Source: an uncultured virus (IMG/VR IMGVR_UViG_3300043434_000216) (Duplodnaviria; Heunggongvirae; Uroviricota; Caudoviricetes). Taken from it: DNA of 20,000 bases. Of this stretch, positions 1-9,690 are shown piece after piece. The stretch is taken from IMG/VR virus record IMGVR_UViG_3300043434_000216. One strand, written 5' to 3'. The translations under genes and the position numbers were made by a program. The notes beneath the pieces are model-generated. The model was not told where the DNA came from. It was given only the letters and a program-made list of their open reading frames with translations, and made no database searches. Numbering within the stretch: the stretch's first letter is position 1; the number at the start of each line of letters is the position of its first letter.

Positions 1-1417
1 CCTTGTTATTACCATTACCAGAAGCGTATTCAGTTCCAATGTACCTGTATTGACCAGGTACGTTTTGCTGAGTATATAATTTAATGCTACCAGTAGATAT
101 TGTTACGTCTCCAGCAGTACTTAATGCGCCAGAAAAAATAGCAGGTCCTCCACCTGTAAAAGTAAACTTATTTGAGCTGCCAAAGTTCATCTCTAAAGCC
201 CCAGCATCCATTACCATATAGTCAGATGTGCCACTCCAGAATAAACCAAAATAGCCCCTTGCTGTACCTGCGCTATTAAAGAATCTTAAGTAGCTTGAAC
301 CTGTAGAAGTCCCCGCTTGCATTCTTAATGCTAGAGTATCAAAGTTGCCAATAGTTACAGTATTTGTAAATCTTGCTGTCCCATTAACATCAAGCATATA
401 ACTCGTTGCCGCATAACTCGCATAACCTATGCTTAGGCTATTGCCAAAGTAAGATGTATCGTTTGTGTGGAGCAACACCTTAAGGGCGCCTGCTGCGTTG
501 TAATAGTACGCTAAAGCAGTACCATCAACTCCGACATAAAATGGATAAGCAGATAGCGAGCCATCAGATTTCTCGACACGGAATTGCCCTCCTGTAGGAT
601 TAGAACGCATTGATACAATGTTGTTTCCGACAAGAGTTCCTCCGTTAATTGATAAGGTAGAAGCGTTGATTACTGAGCTAAATGTCTTTACGCCTGTAAT
701 CGTTTCTGCGCCTGCAATATGAACTACACCTGAATCGTTAGCAGGCGTATATCCTAATATTGCAGCAATAGTCTTATTCTTCCAAAGATTGGTTGCGGAC
801 TCGTATGTTAGTATCTCATTATTCGCCTTAGATGTAATCAAGACATCGTGAATCTCATCTAACTCAAATCCATTCTGGATAGATACAAAGATAACTCCAA
901 CAGTTGCGTGTTGACGAATACAACGACCAACAACCACTCCGTGAGCAGGTTGTGTAGGACGAGTTGTTGTCATCTCACCAGCAGTCTCAGAAAGCCAAAT
1001 CATTGAACCTTCTGTTAATAGCGAGGTGTCAATATTCCTAACGTATCCAAATGTTGTACAGAAAGCCTTGTCGCCACCTGTCGCGGATTCCGTCATTACG
1101 CCAAATGTCTTTGATGATGTACTTTCAGCCGTAGCTGCAGCGTATCTTACAAGAACATTGGAGCCATCAGAGCCCGCCTGATAAACAACCTTACCATTAG
1201 TAAGCCCTGTGTTATCAGCGTGCTTTACTAGAACAGGAAGCTCTTGACCGATTTGCTGAGTCACATTCCCTCCCTTCATCTGAAACTCTAAGGTTCCATC
1301 GGTATCATTCCAAACAATCTTTCCAGGAGCCCCCGCAGGCGCAGCTACGGTCGTGTCTACTTTAAAGTAATTGCTTGTAATCCCAGCTTTAGCCAGTATT
1401 TCTGTTAAGAATCTCAT
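1..1417 (-). CDS. Tail fibre / receptor-binding protein, 3'-truncated by the window edge
   Basis: Not in the ORF track. ATG at 1417, open to the edge: MRFLTEILAKAGITSNYFKVDTT...GKIVWNDTDGTLEF...ELDEIHDVLITSKANNEILTYESATNLWKNKT...VVHIAGAETITGVKTF. G/T/S/A-rich with fibre-type segments; follows two other tail genes. Confidence 0.8.
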   Translation of the reverse strand, partial: MRFLTEILAKAGITSNYFKVDTTVAAPAGAPGKIVWNDTDGTLEFQMKGGNVTQQIGQELPVLVKHADNTGLTNGKVVYQAGSDGSNVLVRYAAATAESTSSKTFGVMTESATGGDKAFCTTFGYVRNIDTSLLTEGSMIWLSETAGEMTTTRPTQPAHGVVVGRCIRQHATVGVIFVSIQNGFELDEIHDVLITSKANNEILTYESATNLWKNKTIAAILGYTPANDSGVVHIAGAETITGVKTFSSVINASTLSINGGTLVGNNIVSMRSNPTGGQFRVEKSDGSLSAYPFYVGVDGTALAYYYNAAGALKVLLHTNDTSYFGNSLSIGYASYAATSYMLDVNGTARFTNTVTIGNFDTLALRMQAGTSTGSSYLRFFNSAGTARGYFGLFWSGTSDYMVMDAGALEMNFGSSNKFTFTGGGPAIFSGALSTAGDVTISTGSIKLYTQQNVPGQYRYIGTEYASGNGNNK

Positions 1418-1425
1418 TCAGTATA

Positions 1426-2634
1426 TTATTTTTTAATAACTACTCTGTAAGCGTTAGAAGCTGGAGCTACTGCAAATGATACAGTAACTACAGAAGTTGA
1501 AGTAAGTACTACGTCAGCAAATACTTCTTCGTAGGTTGAATTATCATAAATAGCAACTACAACATCTCTTGTGCCAAGTGCGTGTGTTAAGGCAAATGAA
1601 GTTGCTGTGCCGTCTCCTACGTTAGCAGCATAACCACCTGTGCGATTATCTAGTAACGTTTTTAATTTTAATGGAGTAACGATTGTTGCGTCGTCTGTAC
1701 CTGTATTAACTTCAGTTTGTGTTGCAATTTCTGCAATACCTGAACGAGTTTCAGTAGCTGTGCGACCTGCTAAAGTAGCTGGTGTTACTGCATCTGTGGC
1801 GTTTGTTCCTGTGTTAACTTCAGTTTGTGTAGCTAACGTTACTAAACCTAAGATAGATTCAGTAGCTTGGTCACGGTTAACTTCTAACTGAATCCAATCT
1901 GAAGCTACAGTTACAGACGCATTATCTACTCTTGCAATAATGACATCCCCAATGTTAAACGCTACTCCACCTACCGTTCCGCCAAAACTAACATACCAAT
2001 AATCTCCCTTTTTTGTTCCTGCTACAGGAGAAGAGCCAGTAGGAAAAACACCTATTGAAGCATCCCATCCTCCTTCTAAGTTCCCTAAACCACCTGTTGC
2101 AGCGTCAACATAAGCCTTGACAGCAGCCGCAGAAGGGATATTTGAGTTAGCAGCACCTGTTAGGTTAGTGTCTGTAATAATATCAACCTCAGCAACGTTA
2201 CCTGTTGAACCAGATACGTTACCTAAGACTTTACCGCTTGCAATTGTTTGAATCTTAGCAAACGTTACTTGATTCCCACCTATCTTAACAGTAGTAACCG
2301 CACCATTATCTAGCTTTGCAGTTGTGATACCAAGGTCTTTAACTTGAATGGCATCAGCTGAAATCTCAATCGTAGCGTTGTCCACATTGATGTCTAAGGT
2401 AACAGAGCCTGTAGTTCCGCCTCCGCCTAGACCAGCTCCCGCTACAACAGCAGAAATGTCACCAGAAGCGTCAACCCACGCAGTTCCATTATAGAAATAT
2501 AAGTGCGCATCAGTTGTATTGAAATACACTTGTCCTGCTACAGGAGAAGATGGAGCTGATGATAGATTCTGAATCGCGACGTTTAATATCTGATTCTTTG
2601 TTAAATCTAAACTGGTTAAAAACTTCTTTGCCAT
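1426..2634 (-). CDS. Tail fibre protein with T4 gp34/gp12-like repeats
   Basis: 402 aa, A/T/G/V-rich. Two repeats of (LV/IA)xxATQTEVNTGTxxxxxVTP preceded by ATESILG/ATETRSG, matching the T4 long/short tail fibre repeat pattern as recalled. Confidence 0.8.
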   Translation of the reverse strand: MAKKFLTSLDLTKNQILNVAIQNLSSAPSSPVAGQVYFNTTDAHLYFYNGTAWVDASGDISAVVAGAGLGGGGTTGSVTLDINVDNATIEISADAIQVKDLGITTAKLDNGAVTTVKIGGNQVTFAKIQTIASGKVLGNVSGSTGNVAEVDIITDTNLTGAANSNIPSAAAVKAYVDAATGGLGNLEGGWDASIGVFPTGSSPVAGTKKGDYWYVSFGGTVGGVAFNIGDVIIARVDNASVTVASDWIQLEVNRDQATESILGLVTLATQTEVNTGTNATDAVTPATLAGRTATETRSGIAEIATQTEVNTGTDDATIVTPLKLKTLLDNRTGGYAANVGDGTATSFALTHALGTRDVVVAIYDNSTYEEVFADVVLTSTSVVTVSFAVAPASNAYRVVIKK

Positions 2635-2642
2635 TGCTTATG

Positions 2643-3878
2643 TTAATTTAAAAATGCCTTGCCGCTAAATGCTGCGGAGAATGTTATTACTACTTGACTT
2701 GTACTTGTATAGTTAACCTCCCCTATAACTTCATCATTTGCAGAATCAACTATGCTAACGGAAGGATATTTACCTAAATCGTGATTAATTGTCCAGACAG
2801 CTGCTGGAGTGGATTGTGTAAACACATACCCTAATTTTGCTGTAAAAGTAAGTTTATTATTGCTTACTGCAATGGCTAAACCTGAGTTTGCTGATTCAAC
2901 AAGCAATGTTTCACCAGTAAGTATCCCATCGCTATTTACTCCATCAGATACAACAAATGCAGTATTGTTTGCAACAGATAACGCAAACGGTAACATTTGT
3001 GTAGCCTTATATGTATAAGGATTTGTAGGAGGCAATAACCCTAGTAATTGGTCTAGGATAGGCTTACATCCATCAAGAGTATTTGTATCATAGCGAGCTA
3101 TCAAATGAGAGTATAAACCCAATACTAAATCATACTCCTCATTACGTCTTTCGTACTCGTCAGGATTAGTCGTTTTGTACGCCTCAATTTGGTCCTTGTA
3201 AGTATTCATTAAGGCAACCAACTCTTCTTGAGTAGGTGCTTCTCTAATGTCATATGTCTCTTCTAATAAGTCAACATAACTTACCGTTAACCAAGACTTA
3301 GAAGAGTGCGTATAAGCCACGGAAATATCTGATTTGACTAGATATATACCCTCGTAGTATTTCGAGCTGTGAGAGGGCGTTAAAACGTCTCCTACGCTTT
3401 GCTTCTTTAACGCTCCAACCTCGCTTCCAGCGGGAGTGTAAGTATAGAAGTCTCTAGTTAATACACCTGTAAAGCTTCCAGATGTTTCGTAAGGCGTTGA
3501 ATCGCGAAATTTGATATCTGGTAAAACTACATCAGACTCGTTTAAGATACTCTTTGTGGGCTTGGTCCAATTGAAGTCGAAGGTACGCTCTAGCGTGTAT
3601 TCTGTGGCAGCAGCGTCTAATGCAACAAAGTTTACCACATAATTGCCCGTCATTATACCATCGTTGATGATGGTAAGTAATGCAATATCAACTGAGCCTC
3701 CTGGCGCTGATATGTCGGGGGAGACAAAGTCTGTGTGTATTATCTGCGACCCATCAGGATAAGTTACCGAGAAATTACCCTTTGCCAAAGTAAATCCTGT
3801 AGAAGTATCCGTCAGGCGCAACACCCTTGTAGATGTCTTCTCGTTTACAATAAATTGGGCATTAAAATTTGCAGGCAT
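2643..3878 (-). CDS. Putative tail/virion structural protein
   Basis: 411 aa in the structural module. Beta-rich N-terminus; C-terminal motif WTINHDLGKYPSVSIVDS...VVITFS resembles the C-terminus of the next fibre gene. Confidence 0.6.
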   Translation of the reverse strand: MPANFNAQFIVNEKTSTRVLRLTDTSTGFTLAKGNFSVTYPDGSQIIHTDFVSPDISAPGGSVDIALLTIINDGIMTGNYVVNFVALDAAATEYTLERTFDFNWTKPTKSILNESDVVLPDIKFRDSTPYETSGSFTGVLTRDFYTYTPAGSEVGALKKQSVGDVLTPSHSSKYYEGIYLVKSDISVAYTHSSKSWLTVSYVDLLEETYDIREAPTQEELVALMNTYKDQIEAYKTTNPDEYERRNEEYDLVLGLYSHLIARYDTNTLDGCKPILDQLLGLLPPTNPYTYKATQMLPFALSVANNTAFVVSDGVNSDGILTGETLLVESANSGLAIAVSNNKLTFTAKLGYVFTQSTPAAVWTINHDLGKYPSVSIVDSANDEVIGEVNYTSTSQVVITFSAAFSGKAFLN

Positions 3879-3899
3879 ACCAGCTTAGGATAATTTGTT

Positions 3900-3907
3900 C
3901 AAATATA
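3900..3907 (-). promoter_or_regulatory. Bacteroidota-type -7 promoter element (TATATTTG)
   Basis: Matches TAnnTTTG, about 20 nt upstream of the ATG at 3878 and just downstream of a terminator. Confidence 0.6.
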
Positions 3908-3926
3908 CGATATTTTATATTGCTTT

Positions 3927-3963
3927 AAAAAAAGAAAAGCGTTACAATATGTAACGCCTTCTT
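3927..3963 (-). terminator. Rho-independent terminator after the 4001-4825 gene
   Basis: Minus-strand stem GCGTTACA-TAT-TGTAACGC, extendable with AAGAAG/TTTCTT, followed by a T run. Confidence 0.8.
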
Positions 3964-4000
3964 ATTAACCCAACCAAACAAATCAATCCTGTAGTCGGAT

Positions 4001-4825
4001 TTAGCCTAGGCGGCTCTTGATGGCTTCTAGCTCATCTGGATTTGTTTCTAATAAATGGTCGGCTAATTCCTTGAAGTAGTTCTTGTCCTTACCTTTTGTG
4101 TAAGTAAAGATTACTTTCCCTGTTTCAACCCATTTAAAGCACGATGCGTTCACATCATTCTTGATAATGTTCTTCTTTACAGCATCTTTTAATGCACTCT
4201 CGTTAGCTAAAGATGCGCGCTCAACTACCTCTAAGAACTCTTCAGGATAGTCTCCTGCGTAGTCTTCAAGTTCATTGCGTAGCTCGTCATTAGATTCTGC
4301 GTCAATTCCGAGTGCTAACGCAACCTCTTTTGCTTTCTTGTCATCTAAATCTAATGCTAAGTTAACTGCTTTTACGATTAACTTACGCAAGTTTCTTTCA
4401 GTCTTAGCTTCTTTCTGTGCGTCAATACGAGAGAATAATACCTCGATTTCTGGGTCATCCTTGATTCTGTCTGGATTCGACTCGTTATAGTTACATAACT
4501 CTAAGAACTGATAAATCTTCTGGTGAACGGGGTTGTTTCCGTTAAGGAACAAGTATCCCATATTAGCAGCTGTAAATACAATGCTAATAAACGATGGGTT
4601 ACCATCAATGTCTGTTCTTTCGATTGCAGCAATAGTAACGAATTCGTTTGTGCCTTTATCTAAGATAGTGTCAATTGGTCTAATCTGTAATGCAGATGGC
4701 ATTAAGAACTTTCCTGGATTATCAGGGTCAGGACGCACGTTAAGTACGCGGTAAATAGCTCTTTCATTTGGAGCTAGTTTACGAATCATCTTGTCTGATA
4801 GATTATTAAAATCTGATGCTTTCAT
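4001..4825 (-). CDS. Hypothetical protein directly downstream of the major capsid gene (probable virion/assembly protein)
   Basis: 274 aa ORF with its own promoter and terminator; helical, charged C-terminal half. Function inferred from position only. Confidence 0.6.
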   Translation of the reverse strand: MKASDFNNLSDKMIRKLAPNERAIYRVLNVRPDPDNPGKFLMPSALQIRPIDTILDKGTNEFVTIAAIERTDIDGNPSFISIVFTAANMGYLFLNGNNPVHQKIYQFLELCNYNESNPDRIKDDPEIEVLFSRIDAQKEAKTERNLRKLIVKAVNLALDLDDKKAKEVALALGIDAESNDELRNELEDYAGDYPEEFLEVVERASLANESALKDAVKKNIIKNDVNASCFKWVETGKVIFTYTKGKDKNYFKELADHLLETNPDELEAIKSRLG

Positions 4826-4845
4826 TTTTATTTTGTTTGGTTACG

Positions 4846-4853
4846 CAAATGTA
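4846..4853 (-). promoter_or_regulatory. Bacteroidota-type -7 promoter element (TACATTTG)
   Basis: Minus strand reads ATACATTTGCGTAACCAAACAAAATAAAAATG; nearly identical to the element at 7375-7382. Confidence 0.7.
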
Positions 4854-4870
4854 TCAATTATTCTTATAAC

Positions 4871-4897
4871 AAAAAAGAGGAGGATTGCTCCCCCTCT
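4871..4897 (-). terminator. Rho-independent terminator after the major capsid gene
   Basis: Minus strand AGAGGGGGA-GCAA-TCCTCCTCT then TTTTT: 9-bp stem with one G-U pair and a GNRA loop. Confidence 0.85.
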
Positions 4898-4917
4898 CTT
4901 TGTCAATCAATCAAACA

Positions 4918-6249
4918 CTATACTGAATATTTCAAGAAGTGCTCATTTCCAACTGTCTCAAGTCCTTCGATTGAGCTATACACGATATCAAGTGTATCTG
5001 TGTCAGAAGTTGGAGTTGGCGCTAAGCCACCTAACATTTTCTCGCGGAAACGAGAGTTAACGCCATCTGGCATTTCTAAGTAGCGCATCATCATACGGTC
5101 TACTTGTCCACCACCTTGCTCAACCTTAATCTTTCCAGCAGGAACTAAGTAAGCCTCCTTAGAGAATACTGTAGCACCACCAACTGAAGTTACTTGTGGG
5201 TGAGACAATGCATTTAAACGCTTCTTGTGGAATGTACGTCCGAATGCAGAGATAGAGTTAACGCCTAATGCGATAGCTACATCTTTCTTGTTACCAAATG
5301 AAGCGTAGTTGATAGCTCCGTTAACGAATTGAGTAGCAGCTGTGATAGTTGTATCAAAAGCGTTATCGAAATCAGCACCAGCCCATAACAAGTACTCTGA
5401 AGGGCAACGGTTAGCATCCATCAAACGAGATAATGCAGATAAGTCAGCTAAAGTAACTGTGTTTCCAGTTGCTGTAGAAGATGAAATACCACCAGCGTTA
5501 ACAATAGTATCGCGTAAACCACGAGTTGTATTGATAGCGTTTCCGTCAGCATCAGTTAAACCTGCAGACTCACGACCGAATAAGATAGCATAAAGGATAT
5601 CCATACGGTGCTTCAAATATGCATCGTGCTGTTGCTTTAAGAAGTAGTAAGGCTTGCCTTTGAATTCAACCTCAATCTTCGAACCATAAGCGATATCTGT
5701 AACAGAAGTCTTAGTTTTGAAGATTTGCAACTTGTTTGAACGCTTGATTAAGTCAGACTTACGCATTTGGTTAGAACCAGTTCCTTCCGCGTATGCGTTA
5801 GACATAAACGATAACTTAGCACCAGTTGTAGTTGCAGGAATCGCGTCTCCAGAGTTAACTGGCTTAACAGTGATAACGAAGTCAGTAGCAGAAGAAATTG
5901 CTGATACATAACCTACTACGCCTGTAGCGAACAAAATCAACTCACCTACTACTGGCTTAACAGAAGTTGCGCCAACGCAAGTGATGTCAACTGAAGCACC
6001 AGCAGCACCCGCAGATGTACCTGGAGTCTTAACTGTAGCAGTTGCATACAAGAAGTTGTTTTGTACTGTGAAGTATTCAGTCTGTGCAGTAGCCTTAGCC
6101 TTACCTGTCCAGTCTAATACGTCCAACATAGACGCTTCCTCATCATAGATGTCTAATACGTCCTTTAAAATTTCACGTTGCTCTAACGTGTTTGTGAATG
6201 ATACAGTCGACAAGAATGTTCTGTCGATGTTACCTGCTCCAATAGCCAT
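4918..6249 (-). CDS. Major capsid protein
   Basis: 443 aa after portal and scaffold-like genes, strong codon bias, followed by a terminator. Segments such as NKLQIFKTKTSVTD...KHRMDILYAILFG...TTRGL fit an HK97-fold capsid protein. Confidence 0.85.
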   Translation of the reverse strand: MAIGAGNIDRTFLSTVSFTNTLEQREILKDVLDIYDEEASMLDVLDWTGKAKATAQTEYFTVQNNFLYATATVKTPGTSAGAAGASVDITCVGATSVKPVVGELILFATGVVGYVSAISSATDFVITVKPVNSGDAIPATTTGAKLSFMSNAYAEGTGSNQMRKSDLIKRSNKLQIFKTKTSVTDIAYGSKIEVEFKGKPYYFLKQQHDAYLKHRMDILYAILFGRESAGLTDADGNAINTTRGLRDTIVNAGGISSSTATGNTVTLADLSALSRLMDANRCPSEYLLWAGADFDNAFDTTITAATQFVNGAINYASFGNKKDVAIALGVNSISAFGRTFHKKRLNALSHPQVTSVGGATVFSKEAYLVPAGKIKVEQGGGQVDRMMMRYLEMPDGVNSRFREKMLGGLAPTPTSDTDTLDIVYSSIEGLETVGNEHFLKYSV

Positions 6250-6275
6250 TTTTTAAATAATTTAATTGTTAAACA

Positions 6276-7352
6276 CTATTTTTTTGTAATAGTCATTCCC
6301 TGCAAGAAAGCAATTGGGTCATCTGATGGTCTCTCAATACTGTTAGACTCAATAACCGTCTTGTTTATCGTTGGTGGAACAACATTCTTTAGTTCAGACT
6401 CCATCGCCTTGCGTCCTAAAGACTTTCCGTGTTTAATTAATTCGCTTATAAATTGAGTTGGATTCTGCGCGAATGCAACTGTTTTTGTCCACTTATCCCA
6501 ATCAACACTTCCGTCTTTTGCAAAGATGGAAAGGAACTTGTTCGAGTCCATAGCGTAGTCAACCACAACATTTGGGTCCTGAATCTGGTAATTAATACCT
6601 TCTCCGTTTGCCCCTACTTTAATAACGTTGTCCTTGATAACGGCTGCAACTCCTTCACTAATAATTTTTCTGCTCTGTTCTTGTTGAGCAGCAAGTTCTT
6701 CCTGCGAAGGACCTGTTTGAGCTTGTGGTGATTGGACGTTGTTCAAGAATTGCTGTTGCTCTTCTATGAAAGTCTTTCTTAACCTTTGTGCATCTCGCTT
6801 TAATAAGGCTTGACCGACTTCTTGGTCTTCTTCATCATACGCATCTAACCCATATTTCTCTAGCTCCTTGTCAAATAACTTCTGCTTTGCTTTTGGACTA
6901 AGGTCTGCGTTTTCCGCATCAAATTTAACCTTAAGTACCTCAACGTCAGACATCTCGTTATAGTCGACTTCGGTCGCTCTTAAGAAAGGCTGTAGTGTAC
7001 CATACGTCTCGTAGTACTGTACAGCTTTCTCAATGAACGGGTCTTTAAACTTATACTGAGCAGGAGCTTCGTCAGCCGTTACGTCTGCTGTGTCATTCGT
7101 CTGAATCGTCTCATCCTCCTGAATCACAGTTTCTGCCGCATATCCAGCCTCAGAATCTGCCTCCTCTGTATTTTCTACTGAAGTCTCAACGTTCTGAGAC
7201 TCATTATCTTCACTAGAATTATCAGCTCCTTGGTCTTCAACGCTATCATCTGCGCTAGAAGTTTCCTCGGAAGTCTCTGATGTTTCCTCTGGTGTTTCAA
7301 CAATTGGTTCGTCTTTAGACAATAACTCGTCTAGGTTAATTGGCTCTGCCAT
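6276..7352 (-). CDS. Putative capsid scaffolding/assembly protein
   Basis: 358 aa with a very acidic low-complexity N-terminus and coiled-coil middle, located between portal and capsid genes. Confidence 0.65.
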   Translation of the reverse strand: MAEPINLDELLSKDEPIVETPEETSETSEETSSADDSVEDQGADNSSEDNESQNVETSVENTEEADSEAGYAAETVIQEDETIQTNDTADVTADEAPAQYKFKDPFIEKAVQYYETYGTLQPFLRATEVDYNEMSDVEVLKVKFDAENADLSPKAKQKLFDKELEKYGLDAYDEEDQEVGQALLKRDAQRLRKTFIEEQQQFLNNVQSPQAQTGPSQEELAAQQEQSRKIISEGVAAVIKDNVIKVGANGEGINYQIQDPNVVVDYAMDSNKFLSIFAKDGSVDWDKWTKTVAFAQNPTQFISELIKHGKSLGRKAMESELKNVVPPTINKTVIESNSIERPSDDPIAFLQGMTITKK

Positions 7353-7374
7353 ATTATATTATTGTTTGGTTATG

Positions 7375-7382
7375 CAAATGTA
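7375..7382 (-). promoter_or_regulatory. Bacteroidota-type -7 promoter element (TACATTTG) for scaffold and capsid genes
   Basis: Minus strand ATACATTTGCATAACCAAACAATAATATAATATG in the 34-nt gap between portal and scaffold genes. Confidence 0.7.
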
Positions 7383-7386
7383 TAAA

Positions 7387-9687
7387 CTATTGCTGCTTAT
7401 TTGCAACTACTTTTTCGCTCTTCTTAATCTGGGCAATATATTCTCGGCTATCTGCCTCAATCTTAGCCGTATTAATCTTGCCCTCAAGTTTACCTTGCTC
7501 AATTATAGCCTCGTTCTGTAACTTCATAGCTAATAATTGTGCATCTCTCTCAGCTTGTCTATCAATTACCTGCAACTTAGCCGCTGTTTCAATCTGAATA
7601 GTCTGTTGCTTAGCTGCTTCAGCTGCCTGAGCTGATTGCTGCTGAATCTGACCATTCATCTGTTGCATTTCTAATGCCTTCTTCTGCTTCTCGTCCTCGT
7701 TCTGCTTAATCTTATACGCAAGCATTACCTCAGCGTACTTCATATTCTCAAGATTCTCTAACATAATTGCGTCAGCTAAGGTAATCTGCCCTGATTGAAT
7801 TGCAAGATTAACTCTTTGCGCAAATTTCTCCTTCTCAAACTCTGTTGGCTTCTGGGTGATTACTAAACCACATTCGTGAGCACTTGTGTTAGGGTCTAAC
7901 TTAAAGAATTGTACAGATGAGCTACCTAGCGCGCGGATATATCCTTCGATAGTGCCATTCTCAGCAGAATCTTGGATACGAAGCGTTAAGCTGTAGCATA
8001 ATTTCTCTAGTAACTCTCTCTCAGCACGTTTAATGAAGTCTAGGGAGTTGTTAGTTGACTCAGATGCATACTTCGCCACACCATTTAATGTACGTGGGTC
8101 AGGTGTTGAACCATCCGTAATTTCATTAAATCCTAAAATGTCGCGAAGTAATTGGATATTGTTAGTAATAATGTTGAAGTATTGAACTGCCTCATTACCA
8201 ATACCGTTATCAAGCTCCTCGATAGGCTTATAATTACTAGCATTACCCTCCTCAGACAATCTACGGTAAACCAAGTTACCTGTCTGGTTGTATAAGTCAA
8301 TGATTTCCATTGGCTTAAGAGCCTTGCCTGCCTTACCGATAGGCACCCCCTCAAGTGCGCCAATCTCAATCATAATACCGCGAGGACGCGCGCGTAGCAT
8401 CACGTTCTGTAGTTTATACCACGCTAACTGAATCTGGTCAGCAATTGCCTTCATTTGGCTACCTAAAGAATAAGTAACCATCTGATAGATGTTGGGTGCC
8501 ACAACGTGGTAAGATAAAGTCGTATTAGTCAAGTCTGACTTCGCGCGTTTCATATTCGTAGCCAACTCGCAATTAAAGAACACGTCGCTGTCCACAATCC
8601 ACATTCCTTGATAAACAACCTTGTAGTCTGTCTTAGAGTATTTTTTATCTTTACGATTCCCTTTAATCTTAGCCGCGCGACCTACAACTACGTTACCTTT
8701 TGAGTTAACTCTTTCTTCTAAGATTAACTTGTTGACAGAGTAGAACTCTAAGTCAAGTACCGAGATACGGAATCCGTCGTAATTACGTGTTTGATTAAAT
8801 CCAGTGTTCTTGACTAAAGTAGGATTACCGAGCTTATTCGTGTACTTTTCGGCAATCATCTGATACTGCTCTTCAGAAATCTGGTCGCCAGCTATTTCTT
8901 TTAAGTCAGAGATTGTCATCTCTATTACCTCGCCCATATACTGAACATCCTTGAATGATGGATTAGTCGTATAAGACATAACCATATTAGAAGGATTGAT
9001 GCGACGAAGTTTAATATTTCCTGCGGCGTCAAAGTATTCTTTGTAACCCGCAATGCCAAAGTCGTGAAGGTCTTCAATAACTAACGCGCGCTCTTGCGGA
9101 AAGCTATTCATATTTAACACTAAGTCAATAGCTTGCTCCATCTCAATAGCCATTCTATGCTTATATGAGTAGTTCATATACATATCAAGCTCCTTAAGGT
9201 TAGCCGCGTCAATATCAGCGTTAGGAATTAACTCAGGGTCAACACCTTGTTTCTCAAATTCTTCTTTAAGGATTAACTTAGCCGCGTTATCTGCGTAGAA
9301 CTTATTCTTGTCGTCTTGTGCAATAGGGTCAATAGCATCTACAGAAATATTGAAGTCAGACTTCATTAATGTAGCAAGCGCGATACGACGGAACTTAGGG
9401 ATAATAGGTAAGATGTCCCAGCTTATATTGGACGTTGACTGGTCTTCATTAGCAGTGGACGATGGGTTAACCAACTTCTTATATCTGCTAATAGACTGTT
9501 TACCAAGCATATAAAGCTTGATTTCGTGATAGTTTTCGCGACCATTGTATAATTGATTAGGATAATAGGTTCCAAAATCTCTCCAAGCTGCCTTAATGTA
9601 CTGGGCAATCCACTTCTTATCTTTTTTGTCGTTGTCAACTAAATGACTTGGAAAGTCTGCGTTCTTTGGTACGTCTTGTTCCATCAT
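7387..9687 (-). CDS. Portal protein
   Basis: 766 aa directly after the large terminase. Contains WDILPIIPKFRRI and ILGFNEITDGSTPDPRTLNGVAKYA, plus a long Q/A/E-rich C-terminal helix, as in podovirus/crAss-like portals. Confidence 0.85.
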   Translation of the reverse strand: MMEQDVPKNADFPSHLVDNDKKDKKWIAQYIKAAWRDFGTYYPNQLYNGRENYHEIKLYMLGKQSISRYKKLVNPSSTANEDQSTSNISWDILPIIPKFRRIALATLMKSDFNISVDAIDPIAQDDKNKFYADNAAKLILKEEFEKQGVDPELIPNADIDAANLKELDMYMNYSYKHRMAIEMEQAIDLVLNMNSFPQERALVIEDLHDFGIAGYKEYFDAAGNIKLRRINPSNMVMSYTTNPSFKDVQYMGEVIEMTISDLKEIAGDQISEEQYQMIAEKYTNKLGNPTLVKNTGFNQTRNYDGFRISVLDLEFYSVNKLILEERVNSKGNVVVGRAAKIKGNRKDKKYSKTDYKVVYQGMWIVDSDVFFNCELATNMKRAKSDLTNTTLSYHVVAPNIYQMVTYSLGSQMKAIADQIQLAWYKLQNVMLRARPRGIMIEIGALEGVPIGKAGKALKPMEIIDLYNQTGNLVYRRLSEEGNASNYKPIEELDNGIGNEAVQYFNIITNNIQLLRDILGFNEITDGSTPDPRTLNGVAKYASESTNNSLDFIKRAERELLEKLCYSLTLRIQDSAENGTIEGYIRALGSSSVQFFKLDPNTSAHECGLVITQKPTEFEKEKFAQRVNLAIQSGQITLADAIMLENLENMKYAEVMLAYKIKQNEDEKQKKALEMQQMNGQIQQQSAQAAEAAKQQTIQIETAAKLQVIDRQAERDAQLLAMKLQNEAIIEQGKLEGKINTAKIEADSREYIAQIKKSEKVVANKQQ

Positions 9688-9690
9688 AGC

